A stretch of 64,000 bases of DNA from the human T2T-CHM13v2.0 reference genome, Homo sapiens: assembly GCF_009914755.1 (NCBI RefSeq), contig NC_060925.1; one strand, 5' to 3'. Numbering within the stretch: position 1 is the first letter of the stretch; every line of letters starts with the position of its first letter. The notes under the pieces were generated by a model, which was given only the letters and a program-made list of their open reading frames with translations, had not been told where the DNA came from and did not search any database. The position numbers and the translations under genes are program-made. Shown here in pieces: positions 1 through 17,216 of this stretch.

Positions 1-1209
1 ATACCAAACTGTGTATTTAGGATATTGAAAATTATATCTTGCAAAAGATCCAACAATGATTCCAGAATCCTACTAGGATGAATCTACTACATTGGCAAGC
101 AGAGTTTTCCTAAGAGGTGGCCTTGAAATTAAATATGTGTGTATGGTTCTTTGTTATAGATCATAGACGGAAAATGGCAAAAAAAAAAAAAAAAACCTTG
201 GCTTAACAGTATGAAAGCCTTAAAAGTTTTTCCATTTAAAGTCTTAAAGAGTCATAACATAATTTTGAAATAATATTTGGAGTTTCATGATTATAAAAGT
301 AATATTTTCATTGTTGAAAATGGAAAATTACAGGAAAAATGCCTATAAAAACTTTAGCAAGATAGAACCACAATACTATATCCCACCAGTTTTCAATGAC
401 TTTCTTAACTCTAACATCAATGGATAACTGGATAAAATATGTGTTTAAAAAATTTACAGGCTGAGTATGAAATATTATTGAGATATTGGACTTGTGCCAT
501 AAAAGTTTGCTCTAGTTTGTGATAATGTTGCCTCAGGTTTTCAACTGTTTACCAAATAAAGCATCTTAGAATGAAATATGCCATAAGGAACACAATATTC
601 ATTAAAATATTTTTACTTCTCCTTTTCCTTAGTAGTAAATGTTACTTAGAATCAAATGAAATAGCATTGTTTTGCTGTATAATACTGACCATTTATGTTT
701 ATGTTTCTGAAAAGGTTTACCAGATTTCTTGAAAATGAAATATTTTAGCTTATGGTTGTTGAGATTCTATTTACCAAGTACAGTAAATTAATAGGCTAAG
801 ACAATGGTTTTAGACTTCAGGAAAGGTTCAAAAGCACATTTGGGGGACAAATATTAAAAGTAAATCAACTGCCACCTACTATACCTGTTTTATTAAAGGG
901 TCATTTGCAGACTAAAAAATGTGAGAAAGAATCTCAAAGTAAAGATACACAGTACTTTCCCAAAATAAAACATGTTAACAACATTATATCCCCCTCCTGG
1001 ACAAAACTTTCCTTTTTTATTTTTTTCCCTTTTCCATTTCAGTGACAATTTGCTGTATCACATTCCTATGGACCATCATTCGGGAATCTCTATCTTCTCT
1101 ATGTGCTCTGGGAATCCTCAATGAATATAGTTTAGTAGCCATGGCAAAGTGAGTTTCTTTGTGTTTCAGCATCTGCATTTATAGCTATTAATAATATGGT
1201 ACTGCATAA

Positions 1210-1375
1210 TATAAAGAACATTGGATTAGGAGTCAGGAGACCTGGGCTCTGGTTCTAGCTCTGCTACTAACTGAAGTATGCAACCTTCTAAAGGTATTCT
1301 AATCTCTCTTGGTCTCAGATTCTTCATTTGTAAAATGAAACAAAACTAAGACTTACTTAAGCTCTAACATTCTAA
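1210..1375 (+). mobile_element. MIR fragment
   Basis: aagaacattggattaggagtcaggagacctgggctctggttctagctctgctactaact...ctcagattcttcatttgtaaaatg. Confidence 0.7.
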
Positions 1376-4300
1376 ATAAAAACCTATGATTTATACCATG
1401 AATTCATAAAGCTGTTGAAATAACTATCCCAAATAACTGAAAAATACTGGTAGGATAGGAGTTTCTTTTATAAAGTTAACAAGCAATTCTTAAATGAAAA
1501 CCCAATGTCAAAAAATTTTAATCAACATACATCATTAAAATAAATTTCTCTAACCCCATCCACCAATCTCTAGTCCCTTCTTATTATTCACTCCCCTATA
1601 CCCCCAGCCCCATATCAGAAAATAATTATGAGAATTCAGGGATATCACAGCTGAATCACAGCTAAGGTATGTCATCAAAACCTATCCAAAGCCTTTGTGG
1701 AAATATTCTAGGATTATAGTTTTTTCTTCATTTTTGAAATACTTCTTTTCACAAGGAGTACACCCTGGTGTCTTGGCTTTGAGACTTGAGTCTATTGTGT
1801 ATTTAAAGAAAAACATGCTTTGTTTTTTATTTCCTTCTCTTCTTAGCTCCTGACATTATGATTTTAAGCACTCAGTATCCATAAATTCTAAAGTGTCGTG
1901 AAAGACTGATGGTTTGATTTTACATGGAATGTGCCATCCTTTTTGAAGTCCTACATCGTTTTGTTTACTAGTTAACCACTGAAACATTATGAAGCCTTAA
2001 CTAGCCTATTATCAGAGCCTGTTCACTATCAGGAAAACTCTTTGTCACTGGCTTCCGTCACACCTTGTATCTGATTAACACACTATAGGATAACACAGAG
2101 CTACATAGATCTGCTTTGTGTTCTAACATAACTGATGGAAAACAGATTTTCCTTTTTCCTTTAATGTGGCAGCCCCCTAATTGAGACTGTAATATGGTTT
2201 ATTTAATATAATTTTTCATACTAAATTAAAGCAAGTCTGGATTAATTTAGTTGCTCATTAAAGTTACGGTGGTAGCTGCTAACAAGATACTTTTTATATC
2301 TTAAAAAATATTTATCCCAATAATATTGATAGACATACACATAATTTAACATACATAATAAAGTTGATTTTTATGCACATACTATCTATTTCTCAATAAG
2401 ATTGCCCCAAGTGTTGACCTTTAGTCTTGACCACAAAGTAAAAGAAATAACTAAATAAAATTTATTTAAGTAAGAAATAATTTTTTTTCTTTCATACTAT
2501 GCATGGGTTCTTTTAAGTCCAAATGTTGCCAATTAAAAAAAAAAAGTAACATGCATAACAGGTAGGAAACACACACATTTATGTATAAAATTATGTGTGT
2601 ATATGCTTAAATTCTAACAAGTTGGAAAAATATCCTAAATGTCCGCCTTTTGGTTTACGCAATATAAAGATGAACTATAAAAGAGGGCTGACTAAATTTA
2701 TCTCATTAAAACCAATTAGAGTATATGGGATTAAGAAATAAAAATCAAACTTACACTGAGAAATAAAAGAATTTACCAAGACTGCAAAACAAGCAAGAAC
2801 CAGTTCTGCTTGGTCTGGAAAGAGAAAATTTTAGAAATTTCTGCCAACAATTCACTTGAAAATCACTACTCCCACATCCAACTTGCATGCCAATTAAAAG
2901 TGACCAGCATTTACCCATGCCCTGCTCTTGAAAGCTTGAGTTCTAATGCTAACCCTAACCCTATAAAACCTTCTCTGTAACTTCTCTTCAAGACGTTGTA
3001 AGATACTTCTTAAAGTGTTCTCCCTTACTGGCAAGATTATTAATAAGACCACCTTTTCTCTGACACAGGCTTCCTTGGTTATCTTTGCAGAGACCATAAC
3101 AACGGGTGATGTAGAAGCTACATTTAAAGCTATATTGGTTTCTTTCCTTTTAATAAACCAGCCTTATTAAGTACAATTTTGTCTGTCTGGAATGAAGGTA
3201 GCACCTACTTTTCCAAGTTTAGAATATTAGAGCTTGCTATTAATTCCAGATTATTAAAATAAAAACAATCTGCCCATGATCATAATTAAGAGTTATTAAA
3301 AAAGGAAGAGGTACCATTCAAAATCTCAGTGACACGAACCTATGTCACTACTAAATCATACACTGGCTAGAAAGATGACAGAAATCACTCTTTCACCAGA
3401 GAACCTGGTTATATCCCTTTTCCTGTAAACACCCTGTAGATACAGTGTGCCGTTAGTACAAATAATCTAGTGATAGGCCATGTAGTAGTACTGCTTCTGG
3501 AATGCCAGTTCACATGTTTAGAGAATAGTATCTCAGTGTTCTCTGGGGTCTAGATTGTAAGTTTTTATATTAAGGAACTTTGTATTGTTGAGTTTTGTGT
3601 TCTCAGTGTCTTTCTTAGTGTTTGGCACATAATAGGTGCTTAATAAACATGTATTAAATGTCTGACAAACCAGAAATATCAGGGGAGGATTTCTGAGGTT
3701 CTCAAATACTTCACACAAAGCTGAGGATGTACTGAAGGATACAAATCTAATTGAGTTTTTAGAAGTTCTCTAGATCGGAGGGGTAGGTGATGTTCTTCCC
3801 TTCATGATTCCCACGATTGCCTTCATGGAAGAGAAAAAGGCAATGGTCAACTGACTTATAATTCCCTTGGAAGACCAACTAGCTATAGGCTTCTCTCTCC
3901 TTGCCTTCCTGCTCCTCTTTGTACCTACACCATTCCCTGCCTCCCCAAGCTACAAGTAACGTAGTCACACAGGTGACAATGTGCTGATGAGGCCACAGAG
4001 ACTGTATCATGTAAACAAGTGATGTAATCCTCCTTAGTATCCAGAGTACTGCCACCGCACACCTGTTTCAATTCATCAGTTGAGGGCTTGGGCCCAACTA
4101 CATTAAACAAATCTTCACTAGTATAATATTTGCATAATTTGGGGGACAAGTACTTTACTGCAGAAAGTATATTTCCCCAAGGCTTTCAAGGCATCTAATT
4201 TTTCTTAGTATTATTCTGCACTGTCTGTCTTCAGTGGAAGATAAGTTTGTTTTCTTACAGGTAAATTGCTTTAAGCTACAAATATTCCCATTCTGTCTAT

Positions 4301-6182
4301 ATATTTTTTGGATTTTTTATTATTATAGAATACAGTCATGCTGAGAATACTAGGAAATCATTATCTAGAGGTAAAAAGAATTTTAAGACATCATCCACTC
4401 CTCTCCTAAGCAGGTTTCTTATAATTTAAAAAGTTTGTTATTTAGCCATTACTAATGCTAACTGAACAAAAACTTCACATTCTCCCTTGATGGTCTTTTT
4501 AGTGAACACCATTTCAATGCAGCAATGGAAGCAGAAGCCAGAATTTTCATAGGTTTAAAGTGCGGAAATGAAGGAAGTAAAATATAGACAGCTGTTTGGA
4601 AACTTTGGATCTAGAAAGAAGGAGAGCTAAGACAGTATCTAGAAGAGAAAAGAGACACAGGGTTGGGGTGACTCCAGTTTTAAGATGAGAGACTTAAGCT
4701 CAGAGTTTAGAAATTATTTGAAATAAATTTCTATTTTATAATAAATACATTTGTATTTTATACAAAATATTTTTAGATGAAGGCTGAGTTGGCCTTTGAG
4801 AACTATCAACTTACATTCTAAACCACATACACTTAATCTGTAAATCTAAACATTATCTTCTAGTTACCTTTCCTAGACAGAAGGTAGATAAAAAGTATGC
4901 TAAATGTAATGCATAACAGACTGACAACTCCCTCCTTTCCTCGTTGCTTCAAGTAAGATAATCACATACAGAACTATAAGAAGTTTTTTGTTCTTATACT
5001 ATATACTTTATATGCAACAACGGCACTGTGATCTATTAGAAAATAGTACATGAGCCATGAAATTATTCTCTAGGCACATTAAATATTCTGTATTCATAAG
5101 CCCTGTGATCAGTGACCTATGTGTGAAATGTCTTCATAGAATGAGGATTTAATATGTACAGTTTCTCTATTCTGACTTAGAAATCAAAGCTAAAATGTCA
5201 ACGTATCCATTTAGTTCTACACCAGTAATGGATACTTAGTCAAATCCAAAAAACAGATGATATCAAATTAAGATGAATTTCTGAAATAAAATGTGAGAAA
5301 GTGACAATGAAGTTCCTAACGGTGATTGTCCAGTTTCCTGATTACATCACTAGCAGAAAATCCAACTTAGTGGATTTCCAACTAAGTTATTGATTTTTAA
5401 AAAAAAATGTTATTCTGATCTGTTTAAAAAGCTAAAGTTAAACTTTTAAAACTACTGAGTAGGCTACATTCAATAAACTTTCTAAAGGTGAGCCAAATCC
5501 AGTTAGAAAAAGAAAGCAATGTGGTTGTGCGTAGCAGTATATGCCATATATAAAAAATACTCAAAATAATCGAGTATCTGGTACAGCCCTGGTGCAAGGC
5601 CCAAATCCAGGCAGAAGACTGTGGTAGGCAGCAAAATTACTGGCAATAAGTCTGCATGGTTCACAGTTTCTAACTCAACACTTAGATCATCTCTTTGATC
5701 ATATCCCTCTAGTCATGTATCCTTTAAAAACCTCCAAAACTATGAATAACATTAAGATTTTTGTATTTCCCATCATTTCAAAGCAACTTAAAGGACAACT
5801 GTATGTATAAAATAAAACTATCAATTAAGTGAAAAAAATAGCTGATACAAGATTTGATTTATTAAAAAAATTTAATGGCCAAACCACAAAATTGATAATG
5901 TTTTGACAGAAACTGTCTTCCAACACCCCACTCCTATACAATAATTTATCTGAAAAACAAGTGACTCTGCGATGACATGTAGATCAGAACTCTGAATACC
6001 TGTAAAACATCTTTAAGGAGCCGATGACTTAAAAATTGAAAGCTAAAGAACTTACTAATGTTTAAAAAGTAAATTTAGTATCATTGTATATCCTGAATCT
6101 TACCAAAATACAAAGTTGGGTTTACACTGAATGCATTGTTTAAAATAGGTTTACAATGACTTTCTCCCCCAAGATGAAGTCA

Positions 6183-6350
<168 letters not shown>

Positions 6351-6803
6351 TCAATAATACTACAAAAATCTCATATTTTTCTAAATCTAAATTCTAAATG
6401 GAAATATAACCCAAATTTTAAAATAAAATCATTAATACAAGATGACCAAAAACACTTAATGTTTCATTTGTTTAGAAAAACAGGGATAGTAGGGACATAA
6501 AAAAGAGAAAAATCTAGATGAAAATGGGTAAGGAAAACAAAGTCAGTAAATCTCAGAAAGTACAAGACCACATTTCTGAATACATGAGGATCATGAACAT
6601 AAATGAAGAGGAAGCTCTATAGTTGTGTAGCTATAAATGCTTCTTGATCTATCCTGCTCTCCTAAAAATTCAGGAAAACTAATTTCAAACAAAACTAACA
6701 AGAGAGATTCATGGTCAAAAAGAGAAGGCATGATAAAACATTTTCACATAAAAGAAAGCTGCAACCTAAAATATCAAAAGAGATAAAAATAATTTAAAAA
6801 ATA

Positions 6804-6808
<5 letters not shown>

Positions 6809-6858
<50 letters not shown>
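6809..6858. repeat. (TA)25 microsatellite
   Basis: Uninterrupted TA run. Confidence 0.97.
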
Positions 6859-6862
<4 letters not shown>

Positions 6863-6899
6863 ACACAAATCAGGATTAGAAAACCAAGGGAAATAAAAT

Positions 6900-7980
6900 A
6901 ATTCAGAAAAGAACCAAAAACAAAAGCAAAAATCATTTTGGATATATAAAAATTAAGATAACAAAAGAGTAAATGGACACAACAGATAAAATTCTAAGAG
7001 AAACAGAAGCAAAAGGAATAAATTTTAAAATAAAAATAAGTGAAAAGAGATAAAAAGATTAGAAAATGACAGATATTAGACTAAGAAGATCCAACACAAT
7101 AGAAATCCCAAAGAAGAAAACCAATGTAACAGAAAAAAACAAATACTAAAAACTATAATTCAAGAAAACTTTCCTGAAATTAAAAAAAAAGGTGCACATT
7201 TGCATACTTAGAAAAATCAATGGAGGATGATATACCAAGTCAAATTCTAGTAAAAAAAACTTGATATTAAAAAAAAAAAAAGAATACTTCTTTGGTCTTT
7301 CTGGAAGAAAGGCCAAGTTACTTATAAGGAAAAGGAAATTAAATTTTCCTCTGACTTTATCACAGATAACAATAATTAGACTGACTACAGACTTCTCATT
7401 GGCAGTCCAAGGGAAAGCGAAAAAACATCTTCGAATTGCTGGGGGAAATAACTGTCAACCTAGAAGTCTATATTCTGTTAAATTATTATTAAAGAGAAAA
7501 AATAGTTATTTTCAGATAAAGACATTTATTATCCATAGATAATATTCACTAAGTATAAAAGCATATACTTGATTATGAAAGAAAGTCAGCTCGAATAGAG
7601 AAATGGAATTCAGGAGACAGTAAATAAGGAAATTGGTCAACATACTGTAAACTTTAGATAAGCACTGTTATTTAAAAACCAATAATTAAAATAGTGATTA
7701 ATTCTGAGATGTTACAAAAGGGTTATAAAATGAAGTGAAATTATCATATTGGATAGCAAATAACATGGAAAATAGAAGTGGAGATATTAGACTGTCAAAT
7801 AGAAACATATACTCCTTTAGAACTTGGTGAACATGAATGTTGAAATTTAAGTTTGCATCCCAAAAGAAAAAAAATGGGATGTATAATCACAAATAAGTAA
7901 GACAGAAGGGAGATAATAAAGCAAATTCAAATTAATAAAGAAACCTTGGTGAATCTAAAAGAGGAAGTGAAGAAAAAAGT
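6900..7980 (+). mobile_element. Ancient L1M/HAL1 ORF1-region relic
   Basis: A-rich; aactataattcaagaaaactttcctgaaat, attagactgactacagacttctca, tgtcaacctagaagtctata. Confidence 0.6.
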
Positions 7981-8615
7981 TGTGACCTTGCATCAATACT
8001 ATTAATTGGTCTTAGTTAAAACAATTTGAAAAGAGTCCACACATTTCTACTAAGAAACTCTAGCACATGTACACAAGTACATACCATTATTTGTATCACT
8101 GATTACACCCAAAAAATTTTATCAACAGTATCATGACTAGTGGCAAAGTGATGACTTAACTCATTAGTGTTACTTACTATTTAAACTGTTGTTTTTTAAA
8201 AATAGGTTTAGGGGACCCAAGTACAGATTTGCTACATGGCTATATTGCATAGTGGTTCTTACTATTTTTTTTTAGGGTTAAAAAAGATATATTTAAAATG
8301 TAGAAAAAATATATAGAATAATGTATTTGTGCATTCTGAAACTCATTTTTTTAAAAATATGTAAAAAATATGTATTGACTGTCTCTTTTCTCCATTGGAA
8401 TGTAAGTTCCATTAGGGCAGAGACTTTGCCTATCATATTCACCATAGTACCCCAGGTTTTAGATCATAACAGGTACTCAATAAATTTTTATTTAATGAAT
8501 AAATAAATAATATCTATTCTATATACTTCACATGGTTTTGTGAGAATAAAAATTATTAGAAAAATCTTTAAAATTCTCAAGGGGAATCTAAAATAATCTA
8601 GACAAATGTGGATTA

Positions 8616-8935
8616 TAATCTTCCCTCAGCAGCCATGGGAGACTGGTTCTAGGATCCCCCAATGATGCCAAAATCCACAGATGCTTAAGTCTCTAATATA
8701 AAATGGTGTAGTATCTGCATATGGCCTATGCTCATCCTCCCATATACTTAAAATCCTTCCTAGATTACTTACAATACTTAATAAAATATAAATGCTATGT
8801 AAATAGTTGTTATACTGTATTTTCTGTTTTTTATTGTTGCATTTCTATTCTCTATTAGAACTTTTTTTGAATGAATTTAATCTATGGATGGTTAAATCAG
8901 CAGATGAGGAACCCCCAAATAAGGAGGGCCAACTG
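8616..8935 (+). mobile_element. MER2 (TcMar-Tigger) DNA transposon relic
   Basis: ccaaaatccacagatgcttaagtc...tataaaatggtgtagtat core; terminus ggagggccaactg; TA on both sides. Confidence 0.85.
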
Positions 8936-9370
8936 TATTTTATTTCCCATACTGCAGTTGTTGAGATCAGCATTAGTTCTCAATTCTTATGTGATTGAGT
9001 CACAGTTGAGAGTCAGTTTAATATTTTAAATATCTGAATATAAATCATATATTTATCTAAAATAAGTCTACACTAGCTATCTCATATATCAAGTATTCTG
9101 TTCAAATTATATCAAATAATATTGATCAAACTTTCTAACAAAAATAAGAAAAGGAATAAAATATTGCCTAATAGATTTATTTCAAATATTCATATTGGAT
9201 TCATAGGGAGAATTACAATAAAATGCTAAAGGTTATGGTGAAATAAAATATTGCAATAATTTTTAATATGTAATACATTGTAACATGACAGATTTAAATG
9301 CCATTGACATCAACAAAAATTCTGTTTTTTCAACTCCAAAACATTTTTTAAATTTATTTTTTATTTTCAG

Positions 9371-9527
9371 TTTTTTTTTAGAGACAGAGCCTCGTTCTGT
9401 CATCCAGGCTGGAGTGCAATGGCATGATCATAGCTCACTGGAGCCTCAAATTCCTGGGCTCAAGTGATCTTCCTACCTCAGCCTCCCAGGTAGCTGAGAC
9501 TATAGGCATGCACCAGAATGCCTGGCT
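9371..9527 (-). mobile_element. Alu right monomer (FRAM or truncated AluJ)
   Basis: Poly-T, then gagacagagcctcgttctgtcatccaggctggagtgcaatggcatgatcatagctcactg. Confidence 0.85.
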
Positions 9528-10467
9528 TAGAAAACATTTCTGAGTTTTGTATTTTGGAAAAGCACTTCAGTGATCTTTATCCAATTTTAAGACACAAAGT
9601 TTTTATGAAAATTTTAACTCAGCAGATCTTTTATCTCCCTGTTGCACCATTATCAACATGTTATAATCTTTAGGACAACTATTCAAAAAGTATTGACTCC
9701 AGATTTAGTGACATAAAACAAAAATTAAACTTGGGGGAAAATGCAAAGAAAGTTACACTGAAAAGAAAGGTCAAATAGGAATTCTCTTAATTCTGTGGGC
9801 TTTGATAATAAGGTACTAAATGTACATTTTAAACAGACATCCCAAAACAGAGGCAGTAACACTTATTCACTGTGTACAGGTACCTGGTAGGTACTTTAAA
9901 TACTTCACTTTTTAGTCCTCACAAAAAACCCTATGAGATGACCTGTAAATAGGGTGGTATTTCAAAGAAGTTACCTAGAAAAACTACATTTTCATTTTAC
10001 TGTTTTCTGTAGTGGCTTCTATAGTTATGTAAATTTTAAGTAATTCTACACATAAAATACATCTTCAGAGACTCTCAACCCAAAAAAGCATATTAAAGGT
10101 TCCAAGAAGACTCTGTAGCAAGAAAACTTGTTAACTTTAACTCAGTGTTTCCCAAACTTATTTACTATCAGAGAACCTTTTTTTTTTCATTAAGCAGCTG
10201 TTAATACTTATGTTCCATGGAATACAGCTGGGGAAAAATGAATTTATTCCAATTATTTTAACACTGTTCAAAAGCATATTTGGAGTTTATCTTTCTGGGA
10301 AAGTCAGTTTATAAACCATATTAAAAATATTTATTACTTTCTGTACTGTTAGCTGTTAAGGCAGAATAGTATTTGTATTTCGATAGCCCATATTAATATT
10401 AACATTTCTCAAATTAGACTTGTTATTTACCAGACTTGACTCCTGGAAACTCTATATGGTTCCAGAA

Positions 10468-10896
<429 letters not shown>

Positions 10897-11735
10897 TAGA
10901 TGGTCAAAGCTTGAGAAATGTGTGAATAAATGAATGTTTAATTATACGTAGTAAAAGAGTTAGCAGATATCAAAATTTTCAGCTTAAGAGGCTGTGTAGA
11001 TGACAATGTTGTTATTCACAATGAATACAGATGGCAGGACTGTTTTGCTTATCAGGAGAGGATGTTACCAATATTGAGTACCCTTTGGATGCGAGAATGA
11101 TAAACTACCAGGTACTAAGTACCTCTGTGTATTGGGAACTATTACAGGCAATTTAAATCCATTAGTACTTACAACAATTCTACAAGGTAGGAGGTCTTTT
11201 TATTTTAATATTAATGTTACGGGCATTTTTTAGGTACCTCATTGTATCCTAGGGAGGTTAAGTAACTTTTTCCAAGGTCCTGCAGCTTAGTAAGTAGCAA
11301 AAGGTAATTAAAATTAGGGCTATTTGATTTACAATGCTCTTTAGGCTACAACATGCTATGCCCCTTTAGGTAGGTGGAAGGTATCCAAGAGGCAGTTAGC
11401 AACAAATGCCTAGGGCTCAAGATAGGGGTTATGAAGATTAAATAGTTAGCATATAGTTGGTAGCTGAACTCATGGAAATAGATATGGTTTCCCAAGTAAA
11501 GTAAATAAGGTAAGATTAGAAAAGAACCAAGAATAGTCCTAGGAACCTCTGATGCTTACGGTGTGTTAATAGAGAAGGAAGTTCTGATATGTTTGTTAAG
11601 TTTCTTAGGAATCACAACCTGACAAGTTAATAAAATTGTTCTCATTATATTCTACCTATATACTGATTTGGGGTCAACAGCTTCCATGGAAAATAGGTTA
11701 TCTTGTAAATTTATCTCAAAACTTAGTGTTTTCTA

Positions 11736-11951
<216 letters not shown>

Positions 11952-13149
11952 TCAAATAAAGAATACTATGTTTATATACCAAATTTAAAATAATTGAGGG
12001 GAATAATATAGAACGAGAAAAACTAAAAGTGATAAGGAGACAAGCAAGCAGAAATGGATTTAACTTCTATGTTCCTAATGTAAAATAGTAACAGTTATCA
12101 CCACTTGTTTTATTCATCATAAGAATTCTTTAAAGAATTCTAATTTGTAAAATAAACCTGGTTCTATTTTGTCTTTATAATGTTGACTTCTCAGGAGAAA
12201 AATAATTCTTAAAAATTATTATACCTTCTAAACTCTAAGTTTTTGGTGGAAATTGAACTATCATAAAAAGGTATTTCCTTTTGTTGAATAATGTTAAACT
12301 TTACAGATTGCATGAAATAATAAGTAATTTAGTTTCCATCTAATTAATTATAATAGTAAAAAAGTTACATAATCATAAAGGCTAATTAATAAACCTTTAA
12401 TATCATACAAAGTAATTTACATAACAGCTGATGTCCACTGATTAATATGTAATGGAAAAAGCATAATTGCTTATAGAAATCTAACCTTAGGTAATGATTA
12501 TGAAATTAGATTTAATAGTATAGTTTGCTATCAACTCTTGGTAAAAGTTCAATGACATTTTAGAAACAGAGTTTCAGGTCAACAGAGTATCAAACCAGTT
12601 GTGTAGAATAAATTGTGGGTCCCTTAAAGTTCAATTTGTCCCAAATGATCTCCCTCACTAACTTGCCAAAGTACTACTCTCCCAAACAAATTGGGCTAAA
12701 TTTCTCACTATTAATTACTATCTTGGTATACAGTATTCCCTCACTTAATACCAATGGTTTTAATCTTGAAAATCTGTATATTTCTTAAAAAGAGTATTAT
12801 AAAGCCTCTGCCTGTGATAATCTCATGTCAGAGAACACCAAAACATAGTAAAACACTCTGAGCTGGCTGTGTCAGATCACTTTATGAATATCTTAGCTCT
12901 CTTGATTATAATCACTATGGGACAGCAATTCCAGGATGCAGGTCATTTTGCTTCAACTTTCTTCAGCTCTCCACAAAATCTTCATTCTCACTCTATCAAC
13001 TACGTGTCTTTACTTTTACCTCCCAACTACTTAGTCTTTCTTTTAATTATTTCTGATCTGAAAACTGACTGTGAGAAGAGTGTACCAAAGTAAATACAAA
13101 TATGCTAAAATTTTGGGAAGGAATACTTCAAATATGGGGCATTATCTCT

Positions 13150-14020
13150 AGATGACCTATTAAAATGAATTATATTAAGGAACTTACAAATTAAATTAAA
13201 AAAACTCAAAAGAGAAAAATGCACAAAAGGCTTAAATAGGCACATCTTTTTACTGGCTATCCCTAAATAATCAATAAACATAAACAGGTGATGAACTTCA
13301 TTAGTCATTAGGGAAATACAAATTAAAATCACAATGAAATACCAGTATGATGGCTACAATTGAAAGGACTGACAATGCCCAGTATTGGAGGTGATGTGGA
13401 AAAATTGCAGCTCTCTTACACTACTGGTAAGAATGAAAACCAGCAGAACTACAGATTGGCATAGTTTACTAAGGCCAAACACATACAAACTCTGTGACCC
13501 AGCCATTCTACTCCTACGTGTGAACCTAATGGAAATGAGTACATATGTTCACCAAATGAAAGGTTTCAAAATATTCATAGGAGCATTATTTATAATAGTC
13601 CTCCCCCCCACAAAAACCTAACTCTACTATCCATCAGTAGTAGAAAGGATAAATGGTGGTATGTTTATATAATAAAATATTATACATAACAATGAAAATG
13701 AACAAACTTTTGTATACAACATAGATGAATGTCACAAATATAAGGTAGAACAAAATAAACTAGATTCCACTTATATATTAAAGTTCAAAACCAAGCAACA
13801 CTAATCTAGTGGTGACAAAATAAACTATCTTTTGTTCAAACTAACCACTTTGAAGGAGGTGGTAATGACTGAGAGGAGGGAGAAGAGGCACTTCTAAGGT
13901 ACTGGTAATGCTTTATTTTCTTACATGAGTGATAATAACATGGGTATGCTTACACTGAAAATACATTGAGCTATACTTACAATTTATGTATGTTATTACA
14001 TATTCGAAAAGTCTATTAAA
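13150..14020 (+). mobile_element. Old L1 (L1ME-like) 3' end
   Basis: cattagtcattagggaaatacaaattaaaatcacaatgaaatacca; tgacccagccattctactcct. Confidence 0.75.
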
Positions 14021-14255
14021 ATTAACACAAAATGCATATATATTATGCCTAGTACAAGATGAACTGAGATGAGAGTATCTTCTTCAGGGATCTCATATTA
14101 GCATTTTTAACTTCTATACTATTCGCTAGTTATGATGTGTAAGATCCTAGAGAACTTGGCCCTAATAAGATTCAGATAAATTTTGTATGCAATATGGAGA
14201 AGAATGAGCCCTGCCCCTTAAGAGTAATATAAATGCAAGGGGAAAACTCTAGGCC

Positions 14256-14420
14256 TGCAATGTCAAATATTGTAGCCATAAACCACTGCAGCTAATTAAA
14301 TTAATTCAAAAATTCAGGTTATCAGTTGTGACAGCCACATTTCAAGTGTTCTACAGCTACATGTGTTGGACACCACATATATAGAACATTTTCATCAACT
14401 AAGAAATTTCAGAGGACAAT
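14256..14420. mobile_element. MER3-like hAT-Charlie relic
   Basis: gtagccataaaccac...agccacatttcaagtgttctacagctacatgtg...tagaacattttcatca. Confidence 0.65.
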
Positions 14421-14534
14421 AAATTCGGATCTAGAAGGGAATATGATGTTTAGAATCAGCTTCCAAATGGACCTTCCAACTTAGAAATCAAGTTTTAAAA
14501 AATAAGATTTGCACAAGAGAAGAGATCCAATTCA

Positions 14535-15439
<905 letters not shown>

Positions 15440-15715
15440 TATATTGGTTGTTCAAGGTTGGTGAGGAGAGTACTTCTGTAAAATTGGTCCTGAACTGCTT
15501 TACAGCAACATTCTTAACTTTGAAAGCTAAAGATCTTTGATATTACTCTATCCAATCCCAGTTAGCAGTATATTTAATTCATTTTTCTTGATTATATAAG
15601 TTGCTATGAAACAATTAATGTAATGAGAAAAACAGATTACAGACTCTGCATTTTATATTTAAATATTTAAATCAATAAGCTGTTTAGACATTAACATAAA
15701 AATAAATTAAGGTTA

Positions 15716-15901
<186 letters not shown>

Positions 15902-16442
15902 TTAGAGTATCAAAATGTAAATACACAGAAAGGATACTGAAAGCTATTAAATCAAGTCATATGAATCCTTGATATGCTATAAATTTGTCCTTTTTCCAAA
16001 TTTCCATGTTTGCTGATGACAGTTTGTGATAGTGGGGGCAGGGGGCAGTAGAAAAGTGGAAATGAGCCTTTGAGAGTACAACTGAATGACAACATAGACA
16101 CAGAAAATAAAAGACTCATTTGAATGCCTCAAAGACCTTTGTGCGTGTTTATGTATATGCAGAGGGATGGTATTTGGTAATTTTAAAGAGACAGAATAAA
16201 AAAATACCAAAAGACCACAAGAAAGGTAGAATAGGAAATAGAAACTAACATAAGAAAACACACTTTTAGGAAAAAGAGAACATATATGTAAGAGGTGATC
16301 CAGTGACTACCTTTCTGGGAGAAGAGAGCTGTGAGAAGAAATGGCTTTTCCTAACGTAATAATAGTCACACAATACTGCTCTAGCAGCCTTATCCATAAC
16401 AGAAAGAAATAACTTAGTGATTATACAAAAGTGAAATACTTA

Positions 16443-16649
<207 letters not shown>

Positions 16650-16994
16650 TTATTTTTTATTTAATCTAATAACCCACAGGAATCTAACAATTTAACTCAT
16701 TGAAAGAAAAAGTAAATATCAAATGTGATTTTCTTGTTTTAATAATCTTGAGCTAAATTGCTAAAGAAGCCTATGGTGAACTGGTTTAAGGCAAGAAGAC
16801 TGTAGTGGGGTGGAGGGATTAGGGGTAAGGGTCACAAAACAAAAACAACATTGAAACATAGGTTGAGATTTCTAGGTGCTAAACTAACAAAGTTGATAAC
16901 ATAAGAGCAATTTGGATTATAAATTAATATTTGACGAGACCTCAGTAAGAGCTGTATTTCCAAATGTAGCAATTTCAATTCCCAGTCTATTTTA

Positions 16995-17216
<222 letters not shown>

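Noticed and set aside
2894-4149. Short - strand ORFs (67, 61 and 74 aa) as extra KIFAP3 exons
   Set aside because: No match to the next KAP3 residues I recall (EYDEEWAKKIQSEKF) and no convincing splice-site pairs; the next exon lies outside the window.
5960-6000. Possible box C/D snoRNA (cgatgac...ctga)
   Set aside because: Imperfect C box, far too short, no terminal stem, and on the strand opposite the host gene.
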